A stretch of 64,000 nt of DNA from Octopus vulgaris (GCA_951406725.2 OX597842.1:17174001-17238000), one strand, 5' to 3'. Counted from the stretch's first letter, positions 1 through 14,289 are shown. Notes: a model not told the origin generated them from the letters alone. Numbers and translations: made by a program.

Positions 1-304
1 TCCGATTCTCTGTCTCATAAATCCAAACTCTTTCTCGCCATCTTAATCTTGCACTTCAGTCGCTACTTTGTATTTTATCCTCTCACTTTCACTCCCTCTC
101 TCCTTTCTCTCCGTCTCCTCCTTTTTCACTTCTCTAATCTTTTTCTCTTTTACTCTGAAACTCTCTCACACTCTTCCTTCACTTTTCTTTATATCTCCTT
201 CTCACCCTCCTACTCTCTTCCTATATAACAACCCAGTCCCCTTTCTCTTACCCCCCTTACTCTTTTAGATTCTTTACTGATCCGAGTCAACTTTCTGTTT
301 TCAG

Positions 305-447
305 GTGAAATTTCAGTTGAGCGGAATAGTCTCTTTCACGTATATTTTCAACGGCAGAGGGATGACTTCTACATCGTTGTTCCAAAAAGATAATCTCATT
401 TCAGGTCCAAATGTCGCTCAGTTATATTCCTATACGTTCAATAACAA
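305..447 (+). CDS. Gene A, internal exon (equivalent to coding exon 3 of gene B); upstream exons lie outside the window
   Basis: Long polypyrimidine tract, acceptor ttttcAG|GTG, donor AA|GTatgt. Phase 0 to 2. Translates VKFQLSGIVSFTYIFNGRGMTSTSLFQKDNLISGPNVAQLYSYTFNN and aligns with 58083-58228 (20/48 aa identical). Confidence 0.85.
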
Positions 448-548
448 GTATGTATAAATTATCTTCTTACTCATTATTAACATCTTTAATGATTTAATGA
501 TAATAAAAATAATGATTTCTCTCATAGGTACAGAATCACGTATTTTAA

Positions 549-1602
549 ATAATAATAATAATAATAATGAAATTATTGTATACAGTGCTCAGGTGCACCA
601 CAACTTGTCAGAAAGTGCATATAAAGTACATGCAGTAATGTAGAAATGTCTGGAAAGCGAACAATGTATGAGTCAGATACATGCTTGTGTGTGTATGGAG
701 GAGAGAAAATCAGGTGTAGTGTTGGCGAATCTCAGGAAGCATGGAGGTTTTGAAGGATGCAGTGCTCCGACAACTAACAACTGATGCCGACAGTTTGTTC
801 CATGCTTCAGTAACTCTCAGCGTGAAAATATGTTTCCTGAAAGTCATGGGAGCTGTGCTGTTTTCTTACTTTGTAAATATGTCCACGGGTGTTAAATGGG
901 TGGAGTTTGAAAAGGTGCTCAGAGTTATTGTTTGTACGATGGTTGATAATTTTATGGGTGTCTGCCAAGTCAGCTGCCAGACGTCGGAGTTTCAATGTGT
1001 CCATGCCCAGAGAAGTAAGGCGTTCAGGATATGGCAAATGCCTGATGGAGGGTATTCTTTTGGTTGCACGTCGCTGAACAGCTTCCAGACGATTGATATC
1101 CTGGGCAAGATAAGGGTTCCAGACCGGTGATGCAAATTCCAGGTGAGGTCTTACCATAGCTATATAAAGCCGCAGATAGATAGCCGGAGAGCGGCTCACA
1201 AAGGATTTGGTGAGTGATGCCAAGACACCCTCAGCCTTCTTGACAATTTTAGCGATGTGTTTTGTCCAACGCAAATCACTGTCGACAATAACACCCAGGT
1301 CACGTTCACATGAAGACTTTTTGAGACTAGTGTTATGGAGGGAGTAGGTGGACGCTGGGTTTCTCCTCCCAAAATGCATGGTGGTACATTTGTCTACAGC
1401 CAGCGTGAGTTGCCAGTCCATGATCCACTGCTGCATTGTGTCCAGGTCTGCTTGCAATAGAGATCTATAGTGTACAGGATTTGACCTCTTTATTTCGAGG
1501 TACAGCTTGATGTCATCTGCATATTTCAGCACTGTGGCATTCTTTAAGTTGGCATCTATGTCATTAACATATGCAACAAATAAAAGGGGGCCAAGAACAG
1601 AG
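549..1602 (-). mobile_element. 5'-truncated CR1/L2-group LINE (RT C-terminal half, 3' UTR, (TTA)n tail)
   Basis: LGPLLFVAYVND...KYADDIKLY, RPHLEFASPVWNPY, LEAVQRRATK motifs in and just upstream of ORF 807-1532. Confidence 0.85.
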
Positions 1603-1763
1603 GTGAAGTCGATTTTATTACTTACTTTATTGCTATTATTTTACCGACCCTAAAATAATGGAAGGCTTTGGTAGAATTTCCGATCAAAATCTTAAGGGAC
1701 GAAACTATCGCAAGGTATATTGCTTGGCACTTCACCGGTTCTCACACTCACCCATTTCATTGT

Positions 1764-1842
1764 TGTAGTACTAGTAGCAGAGGTGGTAGTGGTCGCGGCG
1801 ATGATAGTAGTAGTAGTAGTAGTAGTTGTTGTAGTAGTAGTT

Positions 1843-1886
<44 letters not shown>
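1764..1886. repeat. (AGT)n microsatellite
   Basis: Directly visible. Confidence 0.95.
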
Positions 1887-1899
1887 CCTGGCTGCTATA

Positions 1900-2097
1900 G
1901 GCACAAGACCTGCAATTTGGGGTAAGGGGGGATTGTTTATTGCTTAATTGGTACTTAATTGGTAATTAATTATTTCATCGACCCCCGAAAGGATAAAATT
2001 AATCTCGGCGGAATTTGAACTCAGAACGTAAAGACGAATAAATTGTTGCTAAGCATTTTGTCCGGAGCGCTAACAATTATGCCAGCTCGCCGCCTTC
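1900..2097 (-). mobile_element. tRNA-derived SINE family 1 (MetaSINE-like core)
   Basis: Reverse of ggcggcgagctggc..gttagcgctccgg..ctgagttcaaattccgccgag..cctttcggggtcgatgaaataa; several copies in window. Confidence 0.7.
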
Positions 2098-2099
2098 TA

Positions 2100-2901
<802 letters not shown>

Positions 2902-3072
2902 CCTATCTTCTGGAGGCATAAGGCCTCAAACTTGAGGCGAAGCAGCTAGTCGATTACATCAACTGGTACTTATTTCATCGACCCCGAAACGATGAAAGGC
3001 AAAGTCGACCTCGACGGAATTTGAACTCAGAACGTCAAGGCGGATGAAATGCCGCTAAGCATTTCGCCCGGC
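2902..3072 (-). mobile_element. SINE family 1 copy
   Basis: actggtacttatttcatcgaccccgaaacgatgaaaggcaaagtcgacctcgacggaatttgaactcag. Confidence 0.75.
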
Positions 3073-4085
3073 GAGAAAAACTAATTACTGGTACTTTTTA
3101 AGTAAGAAATCAGTCACAACTCAGAGGACGGAAATATACATATAAAAACAATACCAATACAAGGTGAAAAGATAAAAACATATTTTTAACATACGTACTT
3201 TTCCCATCATAAACTTGATTGTATAAAACTGCTTTTTTAATTAGAAAATGAGGTTGGAAACTGTATCTTTAAGCTGGCCACTTTCTGCGCTGGATTTACA
3301 CTCGAAATTAAACTAAAAATCCCTTCCCCGTCAATCCACTTTAATTAATGGCACATATAATTATCGGTCCATCAACTTGCTGTCCCTCCATTGTATCTCT
3401 TCTACCATTATTAAAATGAATTTCTGCCCCATCAAACTGTATAACTGCTGCCCAAAGCCGCTGGGTACATTTACCAGCCCTTTTTTCTGACAGCCAATTT
3501 GAGTCTCATTCGTATCAGACACATTTCCTAAAACTTCCATTTTAGAACCACAGTATTCTGACGCCCCATCTCTAATCCCCATTTCCCAAAATACACCTGT
3601 AGACACAAGCTGGGGTTGCATAGCAACTGTTTCCTCTTTTCGAGCTAAAAACACGGCATTGTTTGGGTAAAGAAATACGTGATTCTGATGGTAGAACAAG
3701 CGGGAGCTGATGGAAAATCATGTTTTCTATAAGAATCTGCGTTTGTTTCCATTCAACACTGTACTATCGCTGGTCGATATAGTTCGACATCCATTCTATC
3801 TAAGGAAGAAATAGGACCGGAATGTCATGGTTGGAATGACTTTTAAACACAGATCTCCTTGATCAAAGCCGAACTGAAGCTAAATCAATAAGTCCTGTAT
3901 TACCCAAATTACGTTGTTTTTACTTTCTACTTCATGAATAAATTGGTTTTGAAAGACTAAAATCAGATATGAAATGATAAACTCGTTGATTTCATCAAAC
4001 TGAACTGATTGCTATAAACACAGTCGTAAAACCTTTCTGTGTAATAATTTGCATTAATCTATGAATTGTAATATATTAGTTTCAG

Positions 4086-4189
4086 TTACCCAGAATTTAA
4101 CATCACGTATTCTACCGACAATCGGATACAAGCCAAAAGACTAAGTGGAATTGACGAAAAGTACGATATTTATTTCAAAACAAATACTG
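4086..4189 (+). CDS. Gene A, penultimate exon
   Basis: tttcAG|T...G|GTaagt; 104 nt, the same length and phases (2 to 1) as 58772-58875. Translates (N)YPEFNITYSTDNRIQAKRLSGIDEKYDIYFKTNT(G). Confidence 0.85.
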
Positions 4190-4415
4190 GTAAGTAAAAC
4201 ATATCCTCTTGATTTGAGTGCAAATGATTGTATAATTGTGTGTGTGTGTGGTTTTTTTGAAACGTTATCATATATACAAAGATATTTTAAATATTTTTTA
4301 AAGCGAAACTGTAATTTATTAGAATGATAATATTGGTCGATGGTTGGTACTATTACTTGATATTTCAATATTTTAGACTTAAGACCCTTCTTCGTGAAAG
4401 TTACAAAAGAATGCT

Positions 4416-4760
4416 ATTGATAGCTGTTTTCTCTGCCCTCTAGTGTGTGAGTATGGAAGTTATTTGTTTTTAGTTACTATAGTGTACAATCAGCTGCGTG
4501 CAGTTCAGATCTGTTATTAATTTACAGGTTGTACTTGCCAATTAAAATAGATTCTATTTCTCATACGTTCCCAAAGTTTCTTACTGTAACTTCAATGGAA
4601 ACTTGAATTCTTGAGTGTGGCTTCTTCTTTTAAGAATCACCCACAGAAATACCACAGCCAAGACATCTGGACTGCACGCAGCTGACTGGATACAATAGCA
4701 ACGCAAAACAACTCTCTCCACACACACACACACTAGAGAGAAAGGAGATCAGCTATCAAT
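4416..4760. mobile_element. MITE-like element with ~100-bp imperfect terminal inverted repeats
   Basis: attgatagctg...cagctatcaat at the ends; tcagctgcgtgcagttcagat / atctggactgcacgcagctga internally. Confidence 0.55.
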
Positions 4761-5491
4761 ACGTATATACACACACAAATATATATATATATATCATCAG
4801 TCCGGGATAGTGAGCCCTGCTAGCTGAGATGCCTGTCTAGCCTTCGCAAATATATATATTTACAGTGAAATCTATTCACTGGTCACCGTAATTAGAAATA
4901 TTGGATTTCTAAAGGTCTCAAAGAGACATGAACGGTGGAGGAGCGAATCCTAGCTGGTGGGGCTGCTTGCCTCCCCTTCGCAAATATAAGGACACAAGAA
5001 ATGTGTCAAAGCCGACAGGAAGCGTCGATGCTTCCTAGGGTTAAACAGCGGTGGTGTGATTCCCTTACGGGACTATCACGTTATGTTGACAGTATACAAC
5101 CACTCTGTATACACAATGATTTTAACTTATTTATTTGAAGCATGTATGAAGAATTTCTGTGGGTTTTCTACTCTGGAACTACCTACATATAATTGATTAT
5201 GTGAGAAACAACCCTCTTCTCAATGGAGACCGACAAGCTGCAGAGTTTGAGCTTGGCACTTGTTAAGGGTCAATGCGTAACTGACTCTCACTGGGAATTG
5301 CAATCGTTGGAAACGAAAGGGGACATCTGTTGGTATTCTAGGTGCAAATAACCTGTCTCTCTCTCTCTCTCCGTTTCCTGAAAAAGGAGTATTGTTAGTA
5401 TTGGTGGTAGCAGTCGTGGTAGTTGTAGTGGAGACGTCTCTGTAGTTGTGGTACTAGTTGTAGTGATGTACATATATATATATATATATAC

Positions 5492-5721
5492 TATTTGCTT
5501 GTTTCAGTCATATGACTGTGGCCATGCTGGAGCGCCGCCTTTAGTCGAGCAAATCGACACCAGGACTTATTTTTTGTAAGCCTAGTAGTTATTCTATCGG
5601 TCTCCTTTACCGAACCGCTAAGTTACGGGGACGTAAACACGCCAGCATCTGTTGTCAAGCGATATTGGGGGACAAACATAAACACACAAACATATACGCA
5701 CGCACACACACACACTCACAC

Positions 5722-5819
<98 letters not shown>

Positions 5820-6122
5820 ATAATAAATAATATTAGGTTATTAAGAATTATAGAAATTTTATTACCTAATGGCCTAGCGCAAAAGAATTTAGTCAATAGA
5901 TTATATATTATTCATATAAAATGTACACCATATTACATATATATGTTTATATATATACATATATACGACGGGCTTCTTTCAGTTCCCGTCTACCAAATCC
6001 ACTCACAAGGCTTTGGTGGGCCCGAGGCTATAGTAGAGACACTTGCCCAAGGTCTCATGCAGTGGGACTGAACCCGGAACCATGTGGATTATAAGCAAAC
6101 TACTTACCACGCAGCCACCCCT
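5492..6122 (-). mobile_element. tRNA/CORE-like SINE family 2 with internal (TA)n expansion
   Basis: Reverse of the + copy at 24046-24460 (ggttccgggttcagtccc, ccttgggcaagtgtc, ggcggtgctccagcatggcc). Confidence 0.8.
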
Positions 6123-6136
6123 ACGAAATATATATA

Positions 6137-6780
6137 ATTTGTTTTGGTATTGGTTTGCAAGATTCTTTATGTGAGTTCGTGTGTTGAAGCATGTTCTGTC
6201 GCGTCTGGGGAGAGTCATTTTCTTTTTGTGTCTTATAATTTAACAAACTCACCGGTCAAATTTTCCACTTGTTCCTTATTTTTATTTTCCTAAAATTTTC
6301 GTTTCGTCTTGCAACCTTTTCAGTAGTCTTGTCTCTGTCTGTTATTTACATTGCCTTCCCTTTGGTTTGTTTGTGTGCATGTGTGTGGGTCAGTGTGTGT
6401 GTGTATGTGTATGTGTGTATGTGTGTGTGTATGTGTGTGTGTGTGCCTATGCATGTATATATGTATGTATGCATGCATGTGTGTATGTATATATGTGTGT
6501 GTATGTATTTATGCATGTATGCGTGTACATCTGTATGTATTCTGCATATTCATGTGTTTGCATGTCCGTGTTTGTGTATTTTCTATGTATGTGTTTGTGT
6601 GAGCGTGTGTTTGTATATGTATGCACCTCTGTCTCCTTGTGTGTGTTTTGCAACTATGTACCATGTTTGTATGTATGGATGTGCCTCTTTATATGTGTGG
6701 ACCCGTGTCTCCATATGTGTCCTTGTGTGGAGTAAAGTGTGTGTGTATATAGGGTCATGTTTTCAGTCTCCATTTGCGTA
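6137..6780 (+). repeat. Interspersed repeat with TG/TATG-rich core (same family as 14680-15510 and 63250-64000)
   Basis: Shared ttggtttgcaagatt..gtgttgaagcat..ggggagagtcattttc..tcttgcaacctttt..tgcaactatgtaccatgtttg. Confidence 0.75.
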
Positions 6781-6889
6781 TGTGTGTTTGTCTCTTCTTA
6801 TAACCTATCTACCTATCCGTCTGTATATTGATCTGTTTATTTGTTTATATATATATATGTATGTATGTATGTATCTATCTATCTATCTA

Positions 6890-6959
<70 letters not shown>

Positions 6960-6960
<1 letters not shown>

Positions 6961-8930
6961 TTATAGAAGGAGCTTCTACAGGACTAGAACTGTTTCATTC
7001 CAAAGAAATCATCAGGAAGCTAGGTGACAAGAGTAGTTTTGGCATTTATACATATAGGCAGGTTTAAAGGGGTGGTGGTGGGGGACTTTTTGGGGTAGGC
7101 ATGGCGCAAACTATCATTCTTAGGGGAGTGGTCAAAGGAATCAGTGGTAAAGTAGATAAAAGAATAAATAAAAGAATAAATAAAAGAATAAATAGAAAAA
7201 TAGAGTTTTAGGTAAATAAGGAGACTCTCACTTATACATATATATATATATATATACATGTACATATACACATACACACACACACACATGCACATATGTA
7301 TATATATACATACATATACACACATATACATACATACACATATACATATATATACATACATATACATACACATACACACATACATCCATATACACATGTA
7401 CATATGCACCCATATACATGCATCTACGTACACACCCATACCCATACTCATACATACACATATATATGTCTACACACATATATATATAAAAGGGGATATA
7501 CACCCCCATACACACACGCTCACATATCTATATATATATATATACATACACATACACACACCTATATATATATATACACACATACATACATATACACACA
7601 TATATATATATATATATATATACATATATATACACACACACACATATATATACACACACACACATACATACACATACATATGCATATACATGCACACACA
7701 TACACACACGTTTCTTCCCTTATTTTAATTTTATTTTTTACTTTTGTTTTTATTTTTATTTTTATTTTGACCTCGGCCAGCCAGCTCGGCACTGAAGTGA
7801 TGTCCTCCCAAGGGAACTAGTCTAAAGAATCCATTTATTGCCCTCCTCCCTTCCTTTCTATCTTTCTTCCCACAGATACGTAGACACAAACACTCACACA
7901 CGCACACACACTCACGCGCACACTCATACACATACACAAACGCACGTGTTATATTCATACATACATAAGTGTACCGACTTTCACATAAACGTACACATAA
8001 CTATGTACACACAATACCACATATATAAATAAATGTACTTCAGTACACATAAACACACATGAACAACTGCCCGCATATATAGACGCATATGCCTATATAC
8101 AGACATTTGTGCATATAAACATGCATACGCATCTATACGCATCCATACGCCTTTAAGTACATATTAGCACACATGCACGCATACACGTGTACATAAAAGC
8201 ATACCTACATATATCTACCTACACACATACATCTACATACATGCACGTATATACACATACGTACACGTACCTACAAATTCATATCTACACGCATACACAT
8301 ACATACATCTATACACACACAGAAGACTATACATATACACATACACGTACGCGTATACCTACATATACATACACACATATATACTTACACCAGTCATATA
8401 CATACCTACATACCCATACATCCATATATCTATACATATACATACACATATATATACACATGCACATACTAATACACACGCACACACATCTATCTACATA
8501 TATAAAAAAGAAACCCAACAAGTCCATACATGTACACACATACACATACATACATGCATATACACATATATACCCATACACATATACACATACATACACA
8601 TACACATATATACACACATGTATATATATACATATATACACATACATATACATACACACATGCATACACATACACACACACGCGCGCATCCATATATACA
8701 TAAATACATACATGCATACAAACATATACATATATACATACATGCATACTCAAAAAATAGATAATAAATAATAAATATATATACATGCAGTAACCCATTA
8801 TACAGACGAATATATACGTATAAACATACACATATATACCTATTTACACATATGTATATATACATACATACACATACACATAACTCTACATATCTGCATA
8901 TACATAAACACACAAGCGTACACATATATA

Positions 8931-8979
<49 letters not shown>

Positions 8980-10490
8980 ACATACATACATATACACACA
9001 CACATACACATACACATACATATACACGCACGTAAATACACGCACTCACATACATACGTATATTCCTACTAACACCCATACATTTCTATACATATATACA
9101 ATACATATATACAAGTGTACACATGCAATATGTGAATAGTCTTAGGAGAAAAGGTAATTGGGGGTGCTGAGGGAACGGTGGGGGGGTTGTGGGGGGTTGT
9201 GGGGGTGGTCGTCAATCGGGTTGCCGGGTGGGTCTGTAGTTTTTGTAGTTTGCATAAATTTTGTGCATGCAATTTGGGGAGTGTTCCGAGATCTTGTTGA
9301 GGAGAGGGCCTTTGGCGAACAAGATCTCCAGGCTCTCAGAAATGCAGAGGTCACAGCAGGTATGGCCTCCTGTGTACGAACGCGCCCTCTGTAGTAGTCT
9401 CCACTTGATCTTGAAGGGGATGGAGTTCCTTTTAAGGTACCAGATGTGGGCGGCGAGGGTAGTTTGGTTGGATTTGTCAGGTCGCCGGAACGAATGTGTG
9501 TGGGTGTACCAACGAGTCTTAAAGCTGTTTGACGTCATTCCGATGTACGATTTTCTTTTATCATCGGGGCCTGATCGTACCTCGCATGTGTAGACGAGGT
9601 CCTTCTGTAGGCAGTTGTTGTTGAGGGGGCAAGTGGTTTTATCAGGGCAGTTGCAATTGCTATCGGATGTTGGATGGGCCTCGGAAAAAGTAGATTTATT
9701 AAGTCTTTTCACGTTATTGTTGGCTAGGTTCCTGGCTAGATTGGGCGTGGTAGAGCAGGAGAGTCTAATGGTGTTCTTATTTAGGATTGTATAGTACTTA
9801 TGTTGGGTGGGGAAGTATTTCTGTAGGAGAGTGAAGAAGATTTTAGCTACAGGTGTAGCGACCTCACGGTTGAAGGGGGGGTTGTACCAGCTAATGTGTC
9901 TTCGCCTATTTTTCCTGGGTTGGCGTGGGGCTATGCTATTGTAGGTGATCTTATCTTTAAAGCCACTGCGGGCCAGGGCCTCGTTGTAATAGGGGGCTGC
10001 TGCATTAAAGATATCTTCAGTAGCGGACAGGCTAGATATTCTAATTGAGACACTTTTTACTAGGTTGTCTAATATATTTTTGGGGTTGTTGGAATTAATG
10101 TCTATATATCTAAGGGATTCATTTGGTTTGTGGTACGCGTAATAAAGTGAGGTTTTTTAGTCGAGGGTAACGTCAAGGAAGTTAGCTTTGGTTAAGTTGG
10201 ATTCTAAGGTAATCCTAAGGCCTAAGTTTTTAAAAAAATTGTAAAGATTTTTCCGGAACCCATCCGTGGTCCTGGGGTTTATTTTGTGGAGGGCAAAAAG
10301 GCCATCATCGCGGTAAAGACCACCGGAGAGGCCTGTGAATAGGGTCTTCAGCCTATGGAGGATGAAAAGGCCCACAAGGTCACTTATTTCAGCCGAGTCG
10401 CTAGCACCCATGCTGACGTCGAAGGGGGTCACAGATTTTTTCTTGATCCAGTGGGATCCGTCGTGGTAAAGAAAAGTCTTACGTGCGTAT
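6960..10490 (-). mobile_element. 5'-truncated Penelope-like element (RT + C-terminal GIY-YIG, probably Hydra-type) with long microsatellite-rich 3' region
   Basis: FDVSMGASDSAEISDLVG, GLYRDDG, NFLDVTLD, CNC..CPLNNNCL..VYTC..SYIGMT..FKTRW. One frame disruption near 10157. Hammerhead at the distal end; assigning 6960-9140 to this element is inferred. Confidence 0.8.
6971..7021 (-). ncRNA. Type I minimal hammerhead ribozyme motif
   Basis: Minus strand: agcttc-CUGAUGA-u(uuc uuug gaa)u-GAAA-CAG uucuaguc CUG-UA-gaagcu. Stem I is a perfect 6 bp. Confidence 0.75.
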
Positions 10491-10587
10491 ACACACACAA
10501 ATATATATATACAGTATATATATTGATAAAACGGTAAGATAACAAAAGAAAGAAAGAGACCTCAATATTATGTAAATAGAGGAAATT

Positions 10588-10809
10588 TATCTATACAATA
10601 TGTTACATTACTCGGTAGTCAAGATAAAACTCTGAGTTTCAGATGCTGAAGTGGAAATCCACAACACCATCTCTTCGGTTATCTGGCTATTTGAAAACGT
10701 TTTCAAATAGCCAGATAACCGAAGAGATGGTGTTGTGGATTTCCACTTCGGCATCTGAAACTCAGAGTTTTATCTTGACTACCGAGTAATGTAACATATT
10801 GTATAGATA
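10588..10809. repeat. Spacer-less palindrome, 111-bp arms, one mismatch seen
   Basis: Centre gaaaac|gttttc at 10698/10699. Confidence 0.95.
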
Positions 10810-10897
10810 TACAGTATATATAGATATAATAACACTATACTTGTTCCACGTCCTCGCAATGTTGTGTTTTCTCTTTGTTCATGTTTGGAGTAACTAT

Positions 10898-11009
<112 letters not shown>

Positions 11010-11087
11010 CATGATCATCGAGAAATTTAGAATTAACCTCATTATTTTCCAAATAATTTTTCCTTCATTGTTTTTTTTCCTTTTCAG

Positions 11088-11137
11088 GTATAATACCTTA
11101 CGAAACCCTGGTCATCTCAGTATCTCTCTGTTCTTAG
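11088..11137 (+). CDS. Gene A, terminal coding exon
   Basis: ttttttttccttttcAG|GT; phase 1; (G)IIPYETLVISVSLCS* matches gene B (Y)VYIYEAMVISVILK*. Confidence 0.8.
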
Positions 11138-11211
11138 ATAGTTAGTTAGTTAGACAGATAGATAGATCGATAGACTGATAGATAAACAGACAGACAGACA
11201 GACAGATAGAC

Positions 11212-11298
<87 letters not shown>

Positions 11299-11319
11299 AA
11301 ATAGATAGATAGATAGATA

Positions 11320-12105
11320 AGTTTCTTTATTGGCCACACAGGGCGGCACAGAGATGGGATAAATTACAATGTAGAACTTTTCTTATGGGGATGAAAAAAA
11401 AAGTGGCGTAGGTTTTCGATCAAAGGGGATCGTAAAAGGGAAAAAAGAAAAAAAGGAAAACAAAAGAATAAAAAAACAAAAGAAAAGAAAAAAGAAAAAA
11501 GAAGAAAAAAAGGGGAAAAAAGGGGAAGAGGAAAAATAAACGATCAATAGGGATCGTGTATCACAGTGTCATGATGTACGGTGTAAAGGGGGAAGCAGAT
11601 AAGGTTTATCCGTGGGAAGAAAAGCCAACGAAAAAGACCACGGTAACCTCGGTCAATATTGTTATATGCTACCACATTTGTTTGCAGGTGGGTAACCCTC
11701 TGTTTTCAATTTCTGGGTTCATAGGATTATGCTCAAGGTGGCTACGTCATTCGTACGTGCCATCCTTGCTACATTCACCCATCTTTTTTTTAAACATTCG
11801 CTAGACAAAACTTGCCTCTCTACTCTCACTTTCCTTTTCCAATGATACTTGAAGAAGTTGATGAGAGATTGACCAGAGAGGAAAGTGTTTGGTTCCAATC
11901 CTTTCAGACGCGTTCACCAGATACATTCTTTCGCCATAGCCACAAGGATGATGAAAATAGCTCTTCCTTCCCGTTTGAAGGAAGGAGGCGTGACAATATT
12001 GACGATAGACACAGCTGATAAACCGACTCGTCCCACACGTGACAGAAGTTGTTCGACATAAGCCCACAGGTCGGAAATTGTTGGACACTGCATGAGTGCA
12101 TAGCT
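11320..12105 (-). mobile_element. 3' end of an L1/Tx1-type LINE embedded in a (GATA)n tract
   Basis: C-terminal ALMQCPTISDLWAYVEQLL..VAMAKECIW, U-rich 3' UTR and AATAAAG end; (GATA)n on both sides (11150-11319, 12110-12290). Confidence 0.65.
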
Positions 12106-12177
12106 AGCTAGATAGATAGATAGATTGATTGATAGATAGATAGATACATAGATAGATAGACAGACAAACAGACAGAC

Positions 12178-12247
<70 letters not shown>

Positions 12248-12456
12248 GTAGATAGATAGATAGACAGACAGCTAGATAGATAGATAGATAGATACATACA
12301 TACATACATACATGCATACATACATACATACATACATACATAAACACATACATACATACATACATACATAGACACATACATACATACATACATACATACA
12401 TACATACATACATACATACATACATACATACATACATACACACGGACAGACAGACA

Positions 12457-12640
12457 TTGTTGTACAGTGTAAATGCTTTAAATAATAATAAAGGACATCA
12501 TAGAGAGGAAAGCGTTCAACAGATACGCTGTGAGCTTAATGCTTTAATAGAAGAGAAAAACTCAAGATTTCGGAGGTGAGTCCTTCATCAGAAGGAAAGG
12601 AAAAGACTATAGGAGTAAGAAAGAAGAATAAACGATGAGG

Positions 12641-12674
<34 letters not shown>

Positions 12675-13860
12675 AAACGGACAAAGTGTTAGGAACCGGA
12701 TGAAATGCAGTTCAATGAGGAGAGATTTAATTAGGTAAGAGGGATGGGTGTTTGTGTGCAAGTATAGAAGTGGAACCTCATCTGAAAAGTGACAGGTAGG
12801 AAGGTGTGTGTGTGTGTACGGTTGCTTGGGATATGCATGTGTCTAGAAGAGTGCAAATTCAGATGTTTAGTGGCGTAGATACGTTGGGTATGCGAGATGA
12901 TGGAGTGTGTGTACGAGTTGCCGTTAAGAGTGTGAGAAGAAAGTGTGGATGTGAGGAGGTAGAAGTGTGCACGAGTGGGAAGAAAATGAAAAGGCGAGAG
13001 GAATTAGGAGGGAGTGATGAATGTGTGGGAAAGTATACGAGTGTGAAATGGTTTCAGGCGGACGGAAGGTTTGTGCTGAAATATGCATGAAAGAGAAAAG
13101 ACACAAGTTCTGTGAGAGAAGAACGGTTAAAGAAAAAATATTAAAAAATGTTAAGATATTGGTAATAATTAATAAAATCCAGATGTGTGAAAAATGTACG
13201 CGAATTGCTAGTGAGTTGCCATTGAAGACAGGAAACTCGCAGTTAGTGGTACGACTCCACCAAACGTCTGGAATGCATCCGGATGGAAAATGGGCCGACT
13301 GATCGCGGTATTTCAGGATTTTGTTCCGGTCGGCCACAGAGGCTGAGGATCACAGCCCTGACCGTACCATCCAGGATGCGAAGAGAGGCAAAGAAGTCGC
13401 TAACTGTGACATCCAGACAAGGAATCTGTCTCGCGACAACGGGCACGGGGTGAGGCCATCAGGTCTTTTCCTATCACATCTGGACAATCCAGATCGTTCC
13501 AAGATTCAGGCGGCAAGAAAAACCATGGAAACCCGTGGAGTCGAGGAACCTGCCACTACGACAGACCAAAACCGCGCATACGTCAACTCCGATTCTGAGA
13601 GCAATGGAGACACGAAGTTCGTCCAAGATGAGTAGGCCACCAACATTAGCCACAGGGATGGCATCAATCCAGTCATCCGAGTATTTGGCGCTAGCAGACA
13701 GAAAGGAGCCCCTTGAAAACTGGTCCGACTGGATGAAGAGGGAGTCGAAGATAGCCTTCGAAATTATGTTGTCCAAAGCTCTCTCAATCCGTCTGACCTC
13801 CACCTCCTCAGGAGCAGACAATCCCAGTTCCCTCCGGTGTTTGAGTAAGTATAGTTTTAA
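12457..13860 (-). mobile_element. Degenerate C-terminus and probable 3' UTR of an RLE-type (CRE-like) non-LTR retrotransposon
   Basis: WIDAIPVANVG..ELRVSIALRIG..C..G.HGFSC, GLSRCDRKRPDGLTP..LVW/DVTVSD..A..NKILKY (CCHC + PD-D endonuclease region). Confidence 0.75.
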
Positions 13861-14211
13861 TGGATGATAAAACTGAAAAGATGTAGATTGTTTTTAGTCC
13901 TCAAAAAATATATACAAACACACATACATACATATATATATATACATACATACATATATATACATATATATATATACATATAGATATAGCTATATATATA
14001 TAGACATACATATACATATATCTATATATCTCTATCTATAAATATATATATACACATATATATACATATATATATATATAAGATAAAATACAAAATGGGA
14101 CAAGAACGCAAAACATTCGGACAACTTGGTGATACAAAATGGGACAACAAGACATATATATAAATATATATACATATATATATACATATATAAATACATA
14201 AAAAACATATA

Positions 14212-14248
<37 letters not shown>

Positions 14249-14249
14249 G

Positions 14250-14289
<40 letters not shown>

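Noticed and set aside
3361-3699. 112-aa minus-strand ORF in a gene A intron
   Set aside because: No recognisable motif or splice support; left unannotated.
5618-9139. Many YI/CV/HT-rich ORFs (also 14-22 kb and 59-64 kb)
   Set aside because: Translations of TA/TG/TATG microsatellites, which lack stop codons in several frames.
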